DNA of 64,000 nucleotides. Source: Candidatus Poribacteria bacterium (GTDB lineage: Bacteria > Poribacteria > WGA-4E > PCPOR2b). Below are positions 42,311-51,608 of this stretch, one piece after another. Below the pieces are notes generated by a model, which had not been told where the DNA came from, did no database searches, and worked only from the letters and a program-made list of their open reading frames with translations. Each line of letters begins with the position of its first letter. Position 1 is the first letter of the stretch. The stretch is from positions 1,024,001 to 1,088,000 of the forward strand of contig OZ242351.1 in NCBI GenBank assembly GCA_965208675.1, read 5' to 3'. The position numbers and the translations under genes are program-made.

Positions 42311-43153
42311 TCAGATTAACGCCGTGAATGCGGCATCCTTAGAACGCCGCGCGTATTGTGGAAACAGTTCGTCATGAATGTCGCTGCACTGCCGGAGATG
42401 GATATGGCGATTCGCGTCGGCAGTGTCAACTATCGTGGGATAGAACATCCCCGCGCCCGTCTCAACTTTATATCCGCCCGGGGAATGGACGCTCAAGTAC
42501 TTATGCAGCGTCTCTAAATCCGGTTTGGTTTTACAATGTTTTGTGCAATTCATGGTGAACATCCGACGCCGTGTACCACCGCCAAATGATGCGTGATAGG
42601 TATCGTGATTGAAAATCACGACATCACCGGGTGTATTTTCCAGTGCAACACTCGTTGGGAAGCCGCACGGCGGTATACCATACAGCGATTCCGAATGGTT
42701 CGGATCTATGTTTTCTGCTCTAACAAAGTGTAAAGGGTTTTGGCTGCCTGGGATGATGCGTAAGCAGCCCGACTCTTCAGTCAGCGGATCAAGATAAAAC
42801 GCCACCTTACAGGCGAAGAGCCGTCCCCAATTTCCGTCCGGATGCCAACCTGTGTTTCCGGTGTAATAGTTCCCGTCACCGCCTGCGAAGTTAAAATCTT
42901 CCCCGATTACGCCGCCGATTATTCCTTTGATACGTGCATCATCTAGCAGGGCACAGAGCCGAGGACGATGCTCCATCGGACCGCCGAACATTGTACGGCT
43001 TGATCCATCGTGGTCTTTACCGCCCCCGAATTGCTGAATCGTTATCTCAAATTCTTCCGTAATCCAATCCATCTCGTTCGGCGCAAACATACCGGGTATT
43101 GCGAGATAACCGAATGTGTTGAAGAAATTCACCTGATGTGCTGTTAGTTTCAT
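42311..43153 (-). CDS. phytanoyl-CoA dioxygenase (PhyH) family protein
   Basis: F.TFGYL, WHPD, GCLRIIPGS, PGDVVIFN...YHAS...RR motifs. Confidence 0.9.
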   Translation of the reverse strand: MKLTAHQVNFFNTFGYLAIPGMFAPNEMDWITEEFEITIQQFGGGKDHDGSSRTMFGGPMEHRPRLCALLDDARIKGIIGGVIGEDFNFAGGDGNYYTGNTGWHPDGNWGRLFACKVAFYLDPLTEESGCLRIIPGSQNPLHFVRAENIDPNHSESLYGIPPCGFPTSVALENTPGDVVIFNHDTYHASFGGGTRRRMFTMNCTKHCKTKPDLETLHKYLSVHSPGGYKVETGAGMFYPTIVDTADANRHIHLRQCSDIHDELFPQYARRSKDAAFTALI

Positions 43154-43262
43154 TGTGCGGCCTTCAGCGTAAAAGTACGGGAATTCGGTTATAGAGGTAA
43201 ATTGCTTGATTTCTCCTCACATCTCAGGCAAGGGCTAGGGTCGAAACACAGAACTCTCATGA

Positions 43263-44057
43263 CTAGCGCGCCTTAATCAACGCCCGCACGCGAACGGGGT
43301 CGACTTCGTTCGTTGTCACGCCGCCGCGTTTGATTGAGGTGCCGACGATAACGCCGTCCGCACACCGCAGGGTCTCAGCAAGGTTGTCGGCAGCGACGCC
43401 GCTTCCGGCGAACACCTTCCCTTGAGGAACTGCATCTTTGACGATTTTCAATTGCTTGAGGTCGGTGCGCTCGCCTGTGCCCGCTCCAGTGACGATTAGG
43501 GCATCAGCAAGCCCGCGATAATAAGTATCTCGGGCAACTGAAGCGAGGTCAATTCGTCCAAGCGGCACAGCGTGCTTGACAGCCACATCGGCGAAATTCT
43601 TGACATCGCTACCAAGGACGGACCGATAGCGCACGGTTTCATAAGCCTTGCCTTGCAGAACGCCCTGATCCGTGAGCATTGCGCCGGTGTGCACGTTGAT
43701 TCGGATAAAATCTGCGTTCGCCGCTGCGGCAATAGCTGTTGCGGACTTTGCGTCATTACGCAGTACATTTACGCCGATGGGTATCTTGGGAAAACGCTCT
43801 TGATGTTCGTTGACGATGATTGCCATAGCGGCAACGGTGTGCGCCTCTACGTAATCCGGGAAAAATGGCGCATCACCGTAGTTTTCTACGATAACCCCGT
43901 CGATGCCGTTGTCAATCAGCGCTTCAGCGTCCGCCAACGCCCGCGCACGTACCTCATTTAATGGAGATGCCTGTCTCGGACTGCCTAGCAGCGGGAGCAG
44001 ATGGACAACACCAACAATTGGTTTAGCACGGCTAAAGACGCCACTGATTCCTTGCAT
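43263..44057 (-). CDS. BtpA/SgcQ family protein
   Basis: GVVHLLPL, ENYGDAPF, GVNVLRND, DVAVKH, GSGV, IVGTSIK motifs. Confidence 0.92.
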   Translation of the reverse strand: MQGISGVFSRAKPIVGVVHLLPLLGSPRQASPLNEVRARALADAEALIDNGIDGVIVENYGDAPFFPDYVEAHTVAAMAIIVNEHQERFPKIPIGVNVLRNDAKSATAIAAAANADFIRINVHTGAMLTDQGVLQGKAYETVRYRSVLGSDVKNFADVAVKHAVPLGRIDLASVARDTYYRGLADALIVTGAGTGERTDLKQLKIVKDAVPQGKVFAGSGVAADNLAETLRCADGVIVGTSIKRGGVTTNEVDPVRVRALIKAR

Positions 44058-44191
44058 AGATGGTGATTGCGACTGACTTTACTATGATTGGCGGTTTCAA
44101 CCACAACGGGGAACTAATGCCCGCATCAATACAATTGATTTCCCAATTGACGTTGAGAAACAAACACGCATTGTGTGTCGAACATTAGACC

Positions 44192-45042
44192 TCACTCCGA
44201 TTCCGGAAAATCCCAGATTTGAAGAGCGGTTTTTCCCAATATCCATTCCATATCCTCCGGTGCGAAAAAGTCCATTTCGTCTCGCACGACAGACAATGTT
44301 TGCGGATACGCTGCGGCATTCAGACAGACCGGCCAATCCGTCCCCCACATAATCCGCCGCCCGCCAAACGTGTGGTACACCTTCTTTACCATATCGTGCG
44401 TATCAGCCCAGGGATAAGCCGTCTTCGATAGCCACCAGGTGTGACTAATTTTGACGTATACGTTTGGGAATGCCGCCAGGTTGAGCAGAAGTTTCAAATG
44501 ATCCGGCCGATCGATGGCGCAGTCCGCCATGTGATCAATGACCATGGTTAGACCGCTGTGGCGTTCCAGTAATTTTGCCAATTCCGGCAAACGATCTGGG
44601 GCAGCATTTTCGGCGCCGTGCTTTTTTGTGACAAGCAACATGGGAACACCCAGTTCTTCAGCGCGGCTGAAGATTCTACGCGTTAACTCGCCGCCGTACC
44701 AAGCCCCCGCGCGCCTGCGGCAGGACTCAACCGCACGCCGTGAAATCCTTGGTCTTCCGTCCAATAACTAAGATGATCCGGCGCATCCGGGTCTTCAGGA
44801 TTAATACGACAGACGCCCATGAATTTATCCGGATAAGATTTCATCGCATGTGCAGTATAGGTGTTGTCCCAGCGATAGTGAATTGACTGTACAAGAACGG
44901 TCTTCTCCACACCGTTCGCCGCCATCAACTCCAACAACATCTCTGGCGTCGCGTCATGGTTAGGGGGAACGACGGTCTCTGGCGCCCAAGGGAACTGGGG
45001 ATCGTTTTTCCAAACGTGAACGTGTGGGTCGATAATTCGCAT
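44192..45042 (-). pseudogene. amidohydrolase_2 family protein split by a 1-nt frameshift
   Basis: N-half (IIDPHVHVW, ORF 44683..45090) and C-half (IDHMA, YVKIS, MWGTDWP, ORF 44192..44764) are in different frames; junction at a GC run ~44704-44715. Confidence 0.8.
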
Positions 45043-45076
45043 ATGTGTTATTCTCTGAGAGGTCACACAGTGTCTA

Positions 45077-45461
45077 GGGCGTGTTGACATTCATGTGAAG
45101 CTGTCCATAATCGTAGGGGATCAACAGAGTGAATAGCGAGGGCGATAGTGTTTATCTGGTCGCCTCGCCCATTGATTAGCGCTGACTAGGTACGCCCAAA
45201 CCATACAGGATGAGTAGATTTTAGGTCGAATTTCAAACCTCGACAAAATTACCGCCGTGTTGCGCCATAGTCTTGGCTCAATTGAACCGGCAATTCGCGC
45301 TATACGCTAGGGTATTGTCGATTTTGGACGATTGCCTTACGGCAGCCCGAAAATCGTGTCTGATATGTGAACAAAGGGTTAGGAGACCTAACCCCTACGG
45401 AGCGTCATGAGTCTATGCACCGCTATTGATGATCCGGTTGTGATGAAATGTCAAAAAAAAC
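45077..45461. mobile_element. degenerate MITE with nested REP-like arms
   Basis: TA+GGGCGTGTTGACATT left end; decayed AATGTCAAAAAAAAC+TA right end; internal GTAGGGG... and ...ACCCCTAC arms; same end motif recurs at ~57967. Confidence 0.55.
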
Positions 45462-45559
45462 TAAGGCAATCGGCAAGTGAAACCAAACCTCAATTAGATG
45501 TGTCGATGCAAGGTAATTAGGTTCAAAAACAAAGCGAAAGATTTAAGACTAGCTACCGC

Positions 45560-46279
45560 CTAGTAAAGATAGTTTTCAGGCTGATAGCCGGATGGCTCGA
45601 GCACCACAATGACTGGCCGGTCGTCCGCAGATTTAGGAATCGGAAACGTTACTGTGTGATGCCGGACATAAAATATCGGGCTGCGTTGATGGCGCCTAAT
45701 GAATTCGCTCGCCGATACCATTTTGCCTTTGACCGGCGGCAGGTAGTAGTGCATGGGGAAAATCCACTTCGGTTCCAGAATATCAAGCATCGGCTCAAGT
45801 TCGTGCAATTTAAGCGTGAGCCGTTCGCCTACAATGGCAAGCAGTACATCACACCGGCCGATGAAGGGGGCAAGCTGATCCGCATCCAGCTCGTAACCGA
45901 GGTCGCCCATATGCAAGAACCAAAGGCCGCCGGCTTTGAAAGCGTACAGGGCATTATCGTCTGCGCCCTCCGGATGATCCTCCGCTTCGGCTGCTTTAAC
46001 CGTGATTAGCGGTTCGCCGTTGATTACGGCGTTGTCTCGGCCTTCGGCTACAGCCAGCGCATCAATTACGCGCGGGTTTCCCTCAACGAGTTCAACGTAG
46101 GAGTGCCCTCTATCCGTGAGCGAACTCGCGATCACTGTGCCCGCCTTTAGCCGGAAATCGTCATCGCCGGGCAGTCCGAGCGCGGAGGGCGTGTACGGAT
46201 CCATAGCGATAGTCGGTTTTCCGTTCTCCCAAAGCCGAAAGCAGGCAAGCCCTACCCATTCAAGCGAAACGGACATCAT
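45560..46279 (-). CDS. metallo-beta-lactamase-fold hydrolase
   Basis: W.G.ACF, MDPY, HMGDLG and PMHY motifs; AAGGAG SD. Confidence 0.8.
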   Translation of the reverse strand: MMSVSLEWVGLACFRLWENGKPTIAMDPYTPSALGLPGDDDFRLKAGTVIASSLTDRGHSYVELVEGNPRVIDALAVAEGRDNAVINGEPLITVKAAEAEDHPEGADDNALYAFKAGGLWFLHMGDLGYELDADQLAPFIGRCDVLLAIVGERLTLKLHELEPMLDILEPKWIFPMHYYLPPVKGKMVSASEFIRRHQRSPIFYVRHHTVTFPIPKSADDRPVIVVLEPSGYQPENYLY

Positions 46280-46290
46280 CCACGCTCCTT

Positions 46291-47292
46291 TTATTCCTCT
46301 CCGAGACCGCCCGCGCGTTCCATGCCCGCAATCTCCCACCACTTTGCGCCGGGCGACTTCTCGAGTACGATTGGCTTGAGAAAATCTACCGATTTCCGCA
46401 ACCCTTCATCAAGGTCGAAATATTCCGACTCCATTTCGACCGAAAGCACATGGTCATAACCGATGAAGCGGAGTGTTGTGGCAAACTCGCGCCATTCTAG
46501 TTCGGAGTGCCCCCATCCAACCAGAGTGTATGTCCAGGAACGATCCGCGGGTTGTTCAGGCGTGCTAGAGTCAGTGTTTCCCCGCAACCGCGCATTGTGG
46601 GGGTGGAAGGTTACGTCTTTTACGTGGACGTGCTGAACGAGCGGGCCGAGAAAGCGCGCGGCTTCGATAGGGTCAATGCCCTGATACCACAAATGCGAAA
46701 TATCGAAGTTGCAAGCAACAACATCACCAATTTCATCGTGCAACCGCTTCACGGCGACAGGGTTGTGAATCATATCGCCGCCATGCATCTCGAAACACAG
46801 CGTGACGCCGTGATCGGCGGCAATCTTCCCGTGTTCACGCCAGTAGGGGAGCAGCCGCTTCTCCCACTGCCATTCGAGGGTGTCGCGCAGGAAGGGCCAT
46901 TCGGCGAAAGTCACCCAATTTGGAGCTGTGTCGCCTTCGGCGCCTTCAGGCAACCCGGCAAGCAGCGTCATCCGCCGAATACCGGCTGCTTCCATAAACT
47001 TCCACGCCTCGCGAAGTTCCTGCGAATACTTATCGGCGACCGCCTTATTCGGCATGAGCGGCGCACCGTGCGCACCCATGGCGCTGATTTCGAGTCCATA
47101 CCGAGCATAGGTGTCATGCCAGCGGTCAATTTCACCTTTGTCTGCGAGGAGCTTCTGCGGATCACAGTATTTTCTCGCCCAAAGCCCCGCGATTCCAACC
47201 TCGATCGCCTGAAACCCCAGCTCTTGCGCATACCGCAGTCCATCCTCAAAATCTAAATGCATCAAGTTCTGTGAAATCACTCCGAGTTTCAT
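46291..47292 (-). CDS. sugar phosphate isomerase/epimerase (IolE/IolI-like TIM barrel)
   Basis: FEMHG, NFDISHL, HVHVKD and LSVEME motifs; AGGAG SD. Confidence 0.9.
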   Translation of the reverse strand: MKLGVISQNLMHLDFEDGLRYAQELGFQAIEVGIAGLWARKYCDPQKLLADKGEIDRWHDTYARYGLEISAMGAHGAPLMPNKAVADKYSQELREAWKFMEAAGIRRMTLLAGLPEGAEGDTAPNWVTFAEWPFLRDTLEWQWEKRLLPYWREHGKIAADHGVTLCFEMHGGDMIHNPVAVKRLHDEIGDVVACNFDISHLWYQGIDPIEAARFLGPLVQHVHVKDVTFHPHNARLRGNTDSSTPEQPADRSWTYTLVGWGHSELEWREFATTLRFIGYDHVLSVEMESEYFDLDEGLRKSVDFLKPIVLEKSPGAKWWEIAGMERAGGLGEE

Positions 47293-47462
47293 GAAAAACT
47301 CCTTTTTCTCCTAAACCTACCTGTACGTTAATACTCACTTGATATTTGCCCAAATAGATAATGCAGTTGCAAATTCTTAATTAGATTATTTCAGTCACCT
47401 TGCGATTTTAGTATATCACGGTATATGATTTTTTTTCAATACATTTGCGAGTCAATATTGGG

Positions 47463-49328
47463 TTATATGTGAACGATGTTTCTTCTTCGTTCTCGGCGGC
47501 GTTCGTCAAGTTCGCGTTGATTTGCGGTTGTCGTGACTCTGGCGCGGAGTGCACCTTGAACGGCATCGGGCGCGTCGTTGTGCTCCGAGGTCGGGAATTG
47601 TCGAAACTGTGTCCAGAACTCCGCGGGCAAACCTTGTTCATTGAACGCGAGCCACCCGTTTTTGATCGCGGGTTCAAGGGTTGCGATTCGTTCCTCTTTG
47701 TTTTGGTTTTGGCGGTGGTAATAGATGTTCTTGTCGAAGTTTAGCTTACTTTTCATGGCGTTGAACGCTGAAGTATTCGCTTGTTGGATAGTGTAGTCCG
47801 GGTCGGGTCGCTGTTCGCAAACGAATTTAGATTCAGGATTTGTGTGTCCAAGCATTGCATCCGCACGTTGGTGGAGCAGGATGGCATTCTCCATCTGTTC
47901 TGTGAGCGGAACGCGACCCATCCAGCAGAGCAGGATGTATGCGTTGACTCCAGCAAGGGAGTCCACATTGTATTCGCGACCACCGGGGAGGGGTTCCCAA
48001 GCGACGACGACGGCGCAGGCGAAAGCGTTTTCGCGAGTATCTTTCCCACCCATGGAGTCGAGATAGGTGGTAAAGCCCCCGACGTTATTCCAAAAGACGA
48101 GCCGCCCGTCCGAACGCCGGAGTCCGTTGCCTTCAACCCGGAATGTGACGGCGTTGTCCATATCGAAGAGCGACATGCTGGGGTCGCGGGCAATGTTCTG
48201 GAGTTCGCGCAAACAGAAGTGGTATCCTCGCTCAACAATCATCTTCCGGACTTTGAGATAGGATAGCTTCTCGGACCAGAGCGCAGTGACGCCAAGGTTC
48301 ATATCCTCCGCGTTGGCATTATAGAATTTGTCCGCCTTTGCTTCGCGTTCAGCATCATCTAATGTCAAGTCGCGATAAATGGCTTCCCATTCTTTCCATA
48401 GGTATTCGTGGGTCGGGTGGTACAGGTCTTTGGGGGAACGGATAGCTTTGTAGTGTACGTTTTTCCAGCCGGCTGTCTTCGTTAGCCGCATGGAGATGCT
48501 ATCCGGGTGTTTTACGGTATCGGCGAAGATAAGGTTGATGTTCCCTCCGATGTCGGAAGTGAACATGACGTCCGTAAAGAACCAATCCCAATCTTCTTCA
48601 CGCAGATCGGGGTTTACGCAGCGTTTCGGGTCTTCGAGGTCGTCGACGATGACGAGCGACGGTCGTTTGTCCTCGACGAGTGCACCGCGCGGGGATTGGT
48701 TGCGTCCGAGGGGCAAGAGGGTGACGCCGTTGGCAGTCTCGCATTCGTTCGCTTTCCAGAAGGGACCGCGGAGGACTCCGAAGTCCTCGGCAATTTTAGG
48801 CTTTTCCATCAGTCCTTTGATATTGCGCAGATTTCTTTTTGCCATGAATTCGTTGCGGCTGATGATTAGGATAAATTTCTCGTCCGGGACGCCTTCAGCG
48901 AGTTGGAAGGCTTTGAAACAGATTCTCCACAGCGGATACCAGATAGCGCAGCAGGTTGTCTTTGCGGAACCGCGCGGGGCTTGGACGTTGACTTTGGCGT
49001 CGGTTTTGTCATACGGGATGGGATTGAGCAGCCGCACATGATGGGGCTGAAGCGACGACATTGTGTTCGGGTTGTGGAGGTAGTATTCCACAAAGAATTC
49101 GGGAAAGATATAAGCCATGTGCACCAATAGCGCCCGGTCGTCATCATTCCGGATTACTTCTTGCCGTCGGATTTTCTCATAATGACTTCGGAGTTTCCGG
49201 CAGTTTCCGTCCCGTATCTCGCGGATTAGATTGGGATTGGGTTGAATCGGCGCCCGTTTCGTCGGCAGGGCGCCGGTTGAATTGAACAGACCCCGCGAGC
49301 GACGATAAGGCTGATCTATGCTTATCAT
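47463..49328 (-). CDS. phage terminase large subunit-like protein (module 2)
   Basis: APRGSAKTT, LVIVDDLED, YLDSMGG, NKEERIATLEPAIKNG, FPTSEHNDAPDA; colinear paralog of 18239..20059. Confidence 0.88.
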   Translation of the reverse strand: MISIDQPYRRSRGLFNSTGALPTKRAPIQPNPNLIREIRDGNCRKLRSHYEKIRRQEVIRNDDDRALLVHMAYIFPEFFVEYYLHNPNTMSSLQPHHVRLLNPIPYDKTDAKVNVQAPRGSAKTTCCAIWYPLWRICFKAFQLAEGVPDEKFILIISRNEFMAKRNLRNIKGLMEKPKIAEDFGVLRGPFWKANECETANGVTLLPLGRNQSPRGALVEDKRPSLVIVDDLEDPKRCVNPDLREEDWDWFFTDVMFTSDIGGNINLIFADTVKHPDSISMRLTKTAGWKNVHYKAIRSPKDLYHPTHEYLWKEWEAIYRDLTLDDAEREAKADKFYNANAEDMNLGVTALWSEKLSYLKVRKMIVERGYHFCLRELQNIARDPSMSLFDMDNAVTFRVEGNGLRRSDGRLVFWNNVGGFTTYLDSMGGKDTRENAFACAVVVAWEPLPGGREYNVDSLAGVNAYILLCWMGRVPLTEQMENAILLHQRADAMLGHTNPESKFVCEQRPDPDYTIQQANTSAFNAMKSKLNFDKNIYYHRQNQNKEERIATLEPAIKNGWLAFNEQGLPAEFWTQFRQFPTSEHNDAPDAVQGALRARVTTTANQRELDERRRERRRNIVHI

Positions 49329-49725
49329 GAATTTGCTGCCTCAATTTGAGCCGTTTAAGGTCATCAATATTTTCGGTTTCCGCCGCCAAGTCATCAACTT
49401 GTTGCATCCGTTTGAGGGATTGATCGAGGTTTGGCAGGTGTTCCGCAACCAAAAACTCGTATTGGTCTCTCAAGGCGTCTACGAGGGCATCGCCATATTT
49501 TTGGGTGTTGAAGCGATCTTTAATTTTTGGATTGCAGGTCTGAATGGCGGAACGTATAGTTTTTCGATCCTGCACCGCGTTGTCGGTTCTGCATTCTGCG
49601 TAGTTAGGGCTTTGGAAAATGGCATCAACGGTCTTCGTGGTACCGAATCGCGCGATGCTGTAGGCGATACTTTTTCGGATGTCTTCGTCTTTCAAGGCTT
49701 CCAACCAAGTGGTTTTATCTAGCAT
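49177..49725 (-). CDS. putative terminase small subunit-like protein (module 2)
   Basis: TWLEAL.D.D.RK.IAY.I...GTTK, IRSAIQ.CNP...DRFN.QKYG shared with 17770..18354; AGAGG SD. Confidence 0.6.
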   Translation of the reverse strand: MLDKTTWLEALKDEDIRKSIAYSIARFGTTKTVDAIFQSPNYAECRTDNAVQDRKTIRSAIQTCNPKIKDRFNTQKYGDALVDALRDQYEFLVAEHLPNLDQSLKRMQQVDDLAAETENIDDLKRLKLRQQIHDKHRSALSSLAGSVQFNRRPADETGADSTQSQSNPRDTGRKLPETPKSL

Positions 49726-49760
49726 TTTATTATCCTCTGGGTATTTTTTTGAATTATTCG

Positions 49761-49853
49761 GTTACACCGGGTTACACTGAAATTACGCCGGTGTAATTCT
49801 CGGATTGCTGGGATTTAATCCCGGAGCGGATTTGGGGATTTATGAATTACACC
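49761..49853. promoter_or_regulatory. array of TTACAC sites including palindrome AATTACGC-CG-GTGTAATT
   Basis: GTTACAC at 49761 and 49771, palindrome at 49781-49798, AATTACACC at 49845. Confidence 0.7.
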
Positions 49854-49918
49854 GTTTTGTTTTTTTTTGCACATCGCGCCGATTGGTTAGTGAATTGTAC
49901 TACAGGCGTTAGCGGGGC

Positions 49919-49977
49919 AAAAAAAAACCCAAAAGCGACAGTTCTTAGTTTCAAGACCGTCCACTTTTGGGTTTGCC
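49919..49977 (-). terminator. intrinsic terminator/attenuator in the leader of terminase module 2
   Basis: Minus strand AAACCCAAAAG...CTTTTGGGTTT stem followed by a long T run. Confidence 0.6.
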
Positions 49978-50081
49978 TTGTCCGCTTGCGCGGTGGTTAT
50001 TTAGTTATAGCGGTTATTGTGCAGCGCACTTCTTTGAGTTTGCTGAAAAGCCGAAAATTAGCGTAAAATGTTAATGCTGTT

Positions 50082-50111
50082 ATTATACGGCAAAGCATTA
50101 TTGGTTGTCAA
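50082..50111 (-). promoter_or_regulatory. consensus sigma70 promoter of terminase module 2
   Basis: TTGACA-18nt-TATAAT on the minus strand, 357 nt upstream of ATG 49725. Confidence 0.75.
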
Positions 50112-50279
50112 GTTTTTTTTATCATTTCGTTAAATTCAGTGGAGAGTGGGAAGAGCAGTGGTTAGTGTCTAGTAGTCAGTGAGTAGTCTAGTTTTGGGTT
50201 TCGCTATGGCGCAACTCAACCTATGTGCCTTCAAATCTTGTGCATATTTTCACCCGAAAAGGAGCGATTTGCCCCTTCA

Positions 50280-50753
50280 TCAATATTTGAAGTCGTAATA
50301 GCTATCATTCTGGGATTTTGCGATTAGAAGCAGAACTCCCACGCCAACCACAATGCCCCCTATCAAAACCGCGTCCGTCTCTGGGTCGTTGATAAACCCT
50401 TCCGCTCGCCAAGTATATATAATCCCTTGCGCGTCCACGTAAAACATCCGCACCTTGTCGCCTTCCAAAACAAGAGGCGGCGTATAAGTTGTCTTGCTCT
50501 TAAATGTTGATGAATATGCGTCGTAGGTTCCACGTGTTTCTGTCTTGCCTTTGGTAAACGGAAGATAAATACTGTCGCTCCAGACATAGATTTTACCCCC
50601 GGCTCCGTCAGGCACCACTTGTTGTGGAGGTCCCCAACTTCTAATAAGCCTCGATACATGACTACCCTTCCAAGAATTCATAATCTCCTTGGTACTGGGG
50701 CCACAGCCAACAAGAGCCACCAACAAGCTTATCAATAAGCAATGCAAACGCAT
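50280..50753 (-). CDS. putative lipoprotein
   Basis: LLVALVGC lipobox; MNSWKG.....LI.SWGPP motif; C-terminal hydrophobic helix; GGAGG SD. Confidence 0.75.
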   Translation of the reverse strand: MRLHCLLISLLVALVGCGPSTKEIMNSWKGSHVSRLIRSWGPPQQVVPDGAGGKIYVWSDSIYLPFTKGKTETRGTYDAYSSTFKSKTTYTPPLVLEGDKVRMFYVDAQGIIYTWRAEGFINDPETDAVLIGGIVVGVGVLLLIAKSQNDSYYDFKY

Positions 50754-50858
50754 AACAATCTCCTCCCTAGTGTTTTTGGTTTATTAGAAGAATCATATCT
50801 ATATGTCAAAAGAGTTAGGATTTTTTTGAATTTTCGCTTTCCACTAGCCACTTTCTTT

Positions 50859-51608
50859 TTACTGTCGATAGCCGTTTTTGTCCCAAGTGGACACGGCGCC
50901 GTTGCCGTATTCGTTGATTCCTATGGCAGCCGTGCCTTCACCTTTGCCGTTTACTTGGACACGTCCGCCGTGTTCATTGACGCCGAGACTCGCGGCTACT
51001 TTCCCATCTATTCGATACACATTGACCTCCCCGCCATGTTCATTGACGCGAAACTTCGCGCCCGGTTTCAAGTCGTTACTATGGGTTTGGACACACCCGC
51101 CATCTTCATCAGAATAAAGGGATACGGTTGTTACAGGGACACGCACATCTTTATTATTATACTTATACTTATACGTACTATACGCAAACGTGTCAAACCT
51201 CCCACCACGATCGTCCACACGGAGAGACGCTTGTAATTCCTTATTATTGCGATAAACAGTAACCGTCCCGCCAACTCCAAGGGTTTCCAGCATCATTGAT
51301 TCAGTGTCAGTGCTACGGGTAACTATGGAGGCGCTCGCAAGCTTTACCGCCACATCCCCGTTTGGGGTATACACCTCGACACTACCACCAATTCCAAGCT
51401 CGGTTCGCTTGATGAGGTCAATCACGCTGTCACGACCAAGCTTCACCACTACGTTCCCGTCCGAATCAATCACCCTCAACTCAGAACACTCAATTACTCC
51501 AAACTTATCCCTTTCCGCGGTGACTGGTGAAACCAACAACGCGGTCAACAAACTCCCTATGACCCCGCCAACTATACCGCTTATAATCAGATAGTGTTTC
51601 GTATTCAT
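50859..51608 (-). CDS. secreted or membrane-anchored beta-repeat hypothetical protein
   Basis: N-terminal hydrophobic segment; repeated (N/D)E.GG.V.V...G...A.L units; AGGAG SD. Confidence 0.75.
   Translation of the reverse strand: MNTKHYLIISGIVGGVIGSLLTALLVSPVTAERDKFGVIECSELRVIDSDGNVVVKLGRDSVIDLIKRTELGIGGSVEVYTPNGDVAVKLASASIVTRSTDTESMMLETLGVGGTVTVYRNNKELQASLRVDDRGGRFDTFAYSTYKYKYNNKDVRVPVTTVSLYSDEDGGCVQTHSNDLKPGAKFRVNEHGGEVNVYRIDGKVAASLGVNEHGGRVQVNGKGEGTAAIGINEYGNGAVSTWDKNGYRQ

Noticed and set aside
46507-47256. 249-aa antisense ORF, and similar shadow ORFs such as 3085-3633, 48490-49041 and 50742-51236
   Set aside because: They lie opposite well-supported genes and show no motifs; expected from codon bias
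17770-49725. A single ~32-kb prophage bounded by the two terminases
   Set aside because: The interior holds housekeeping genes (guaB, purH, dehydrogenases); no integrase, att repeats or virion genes are seen
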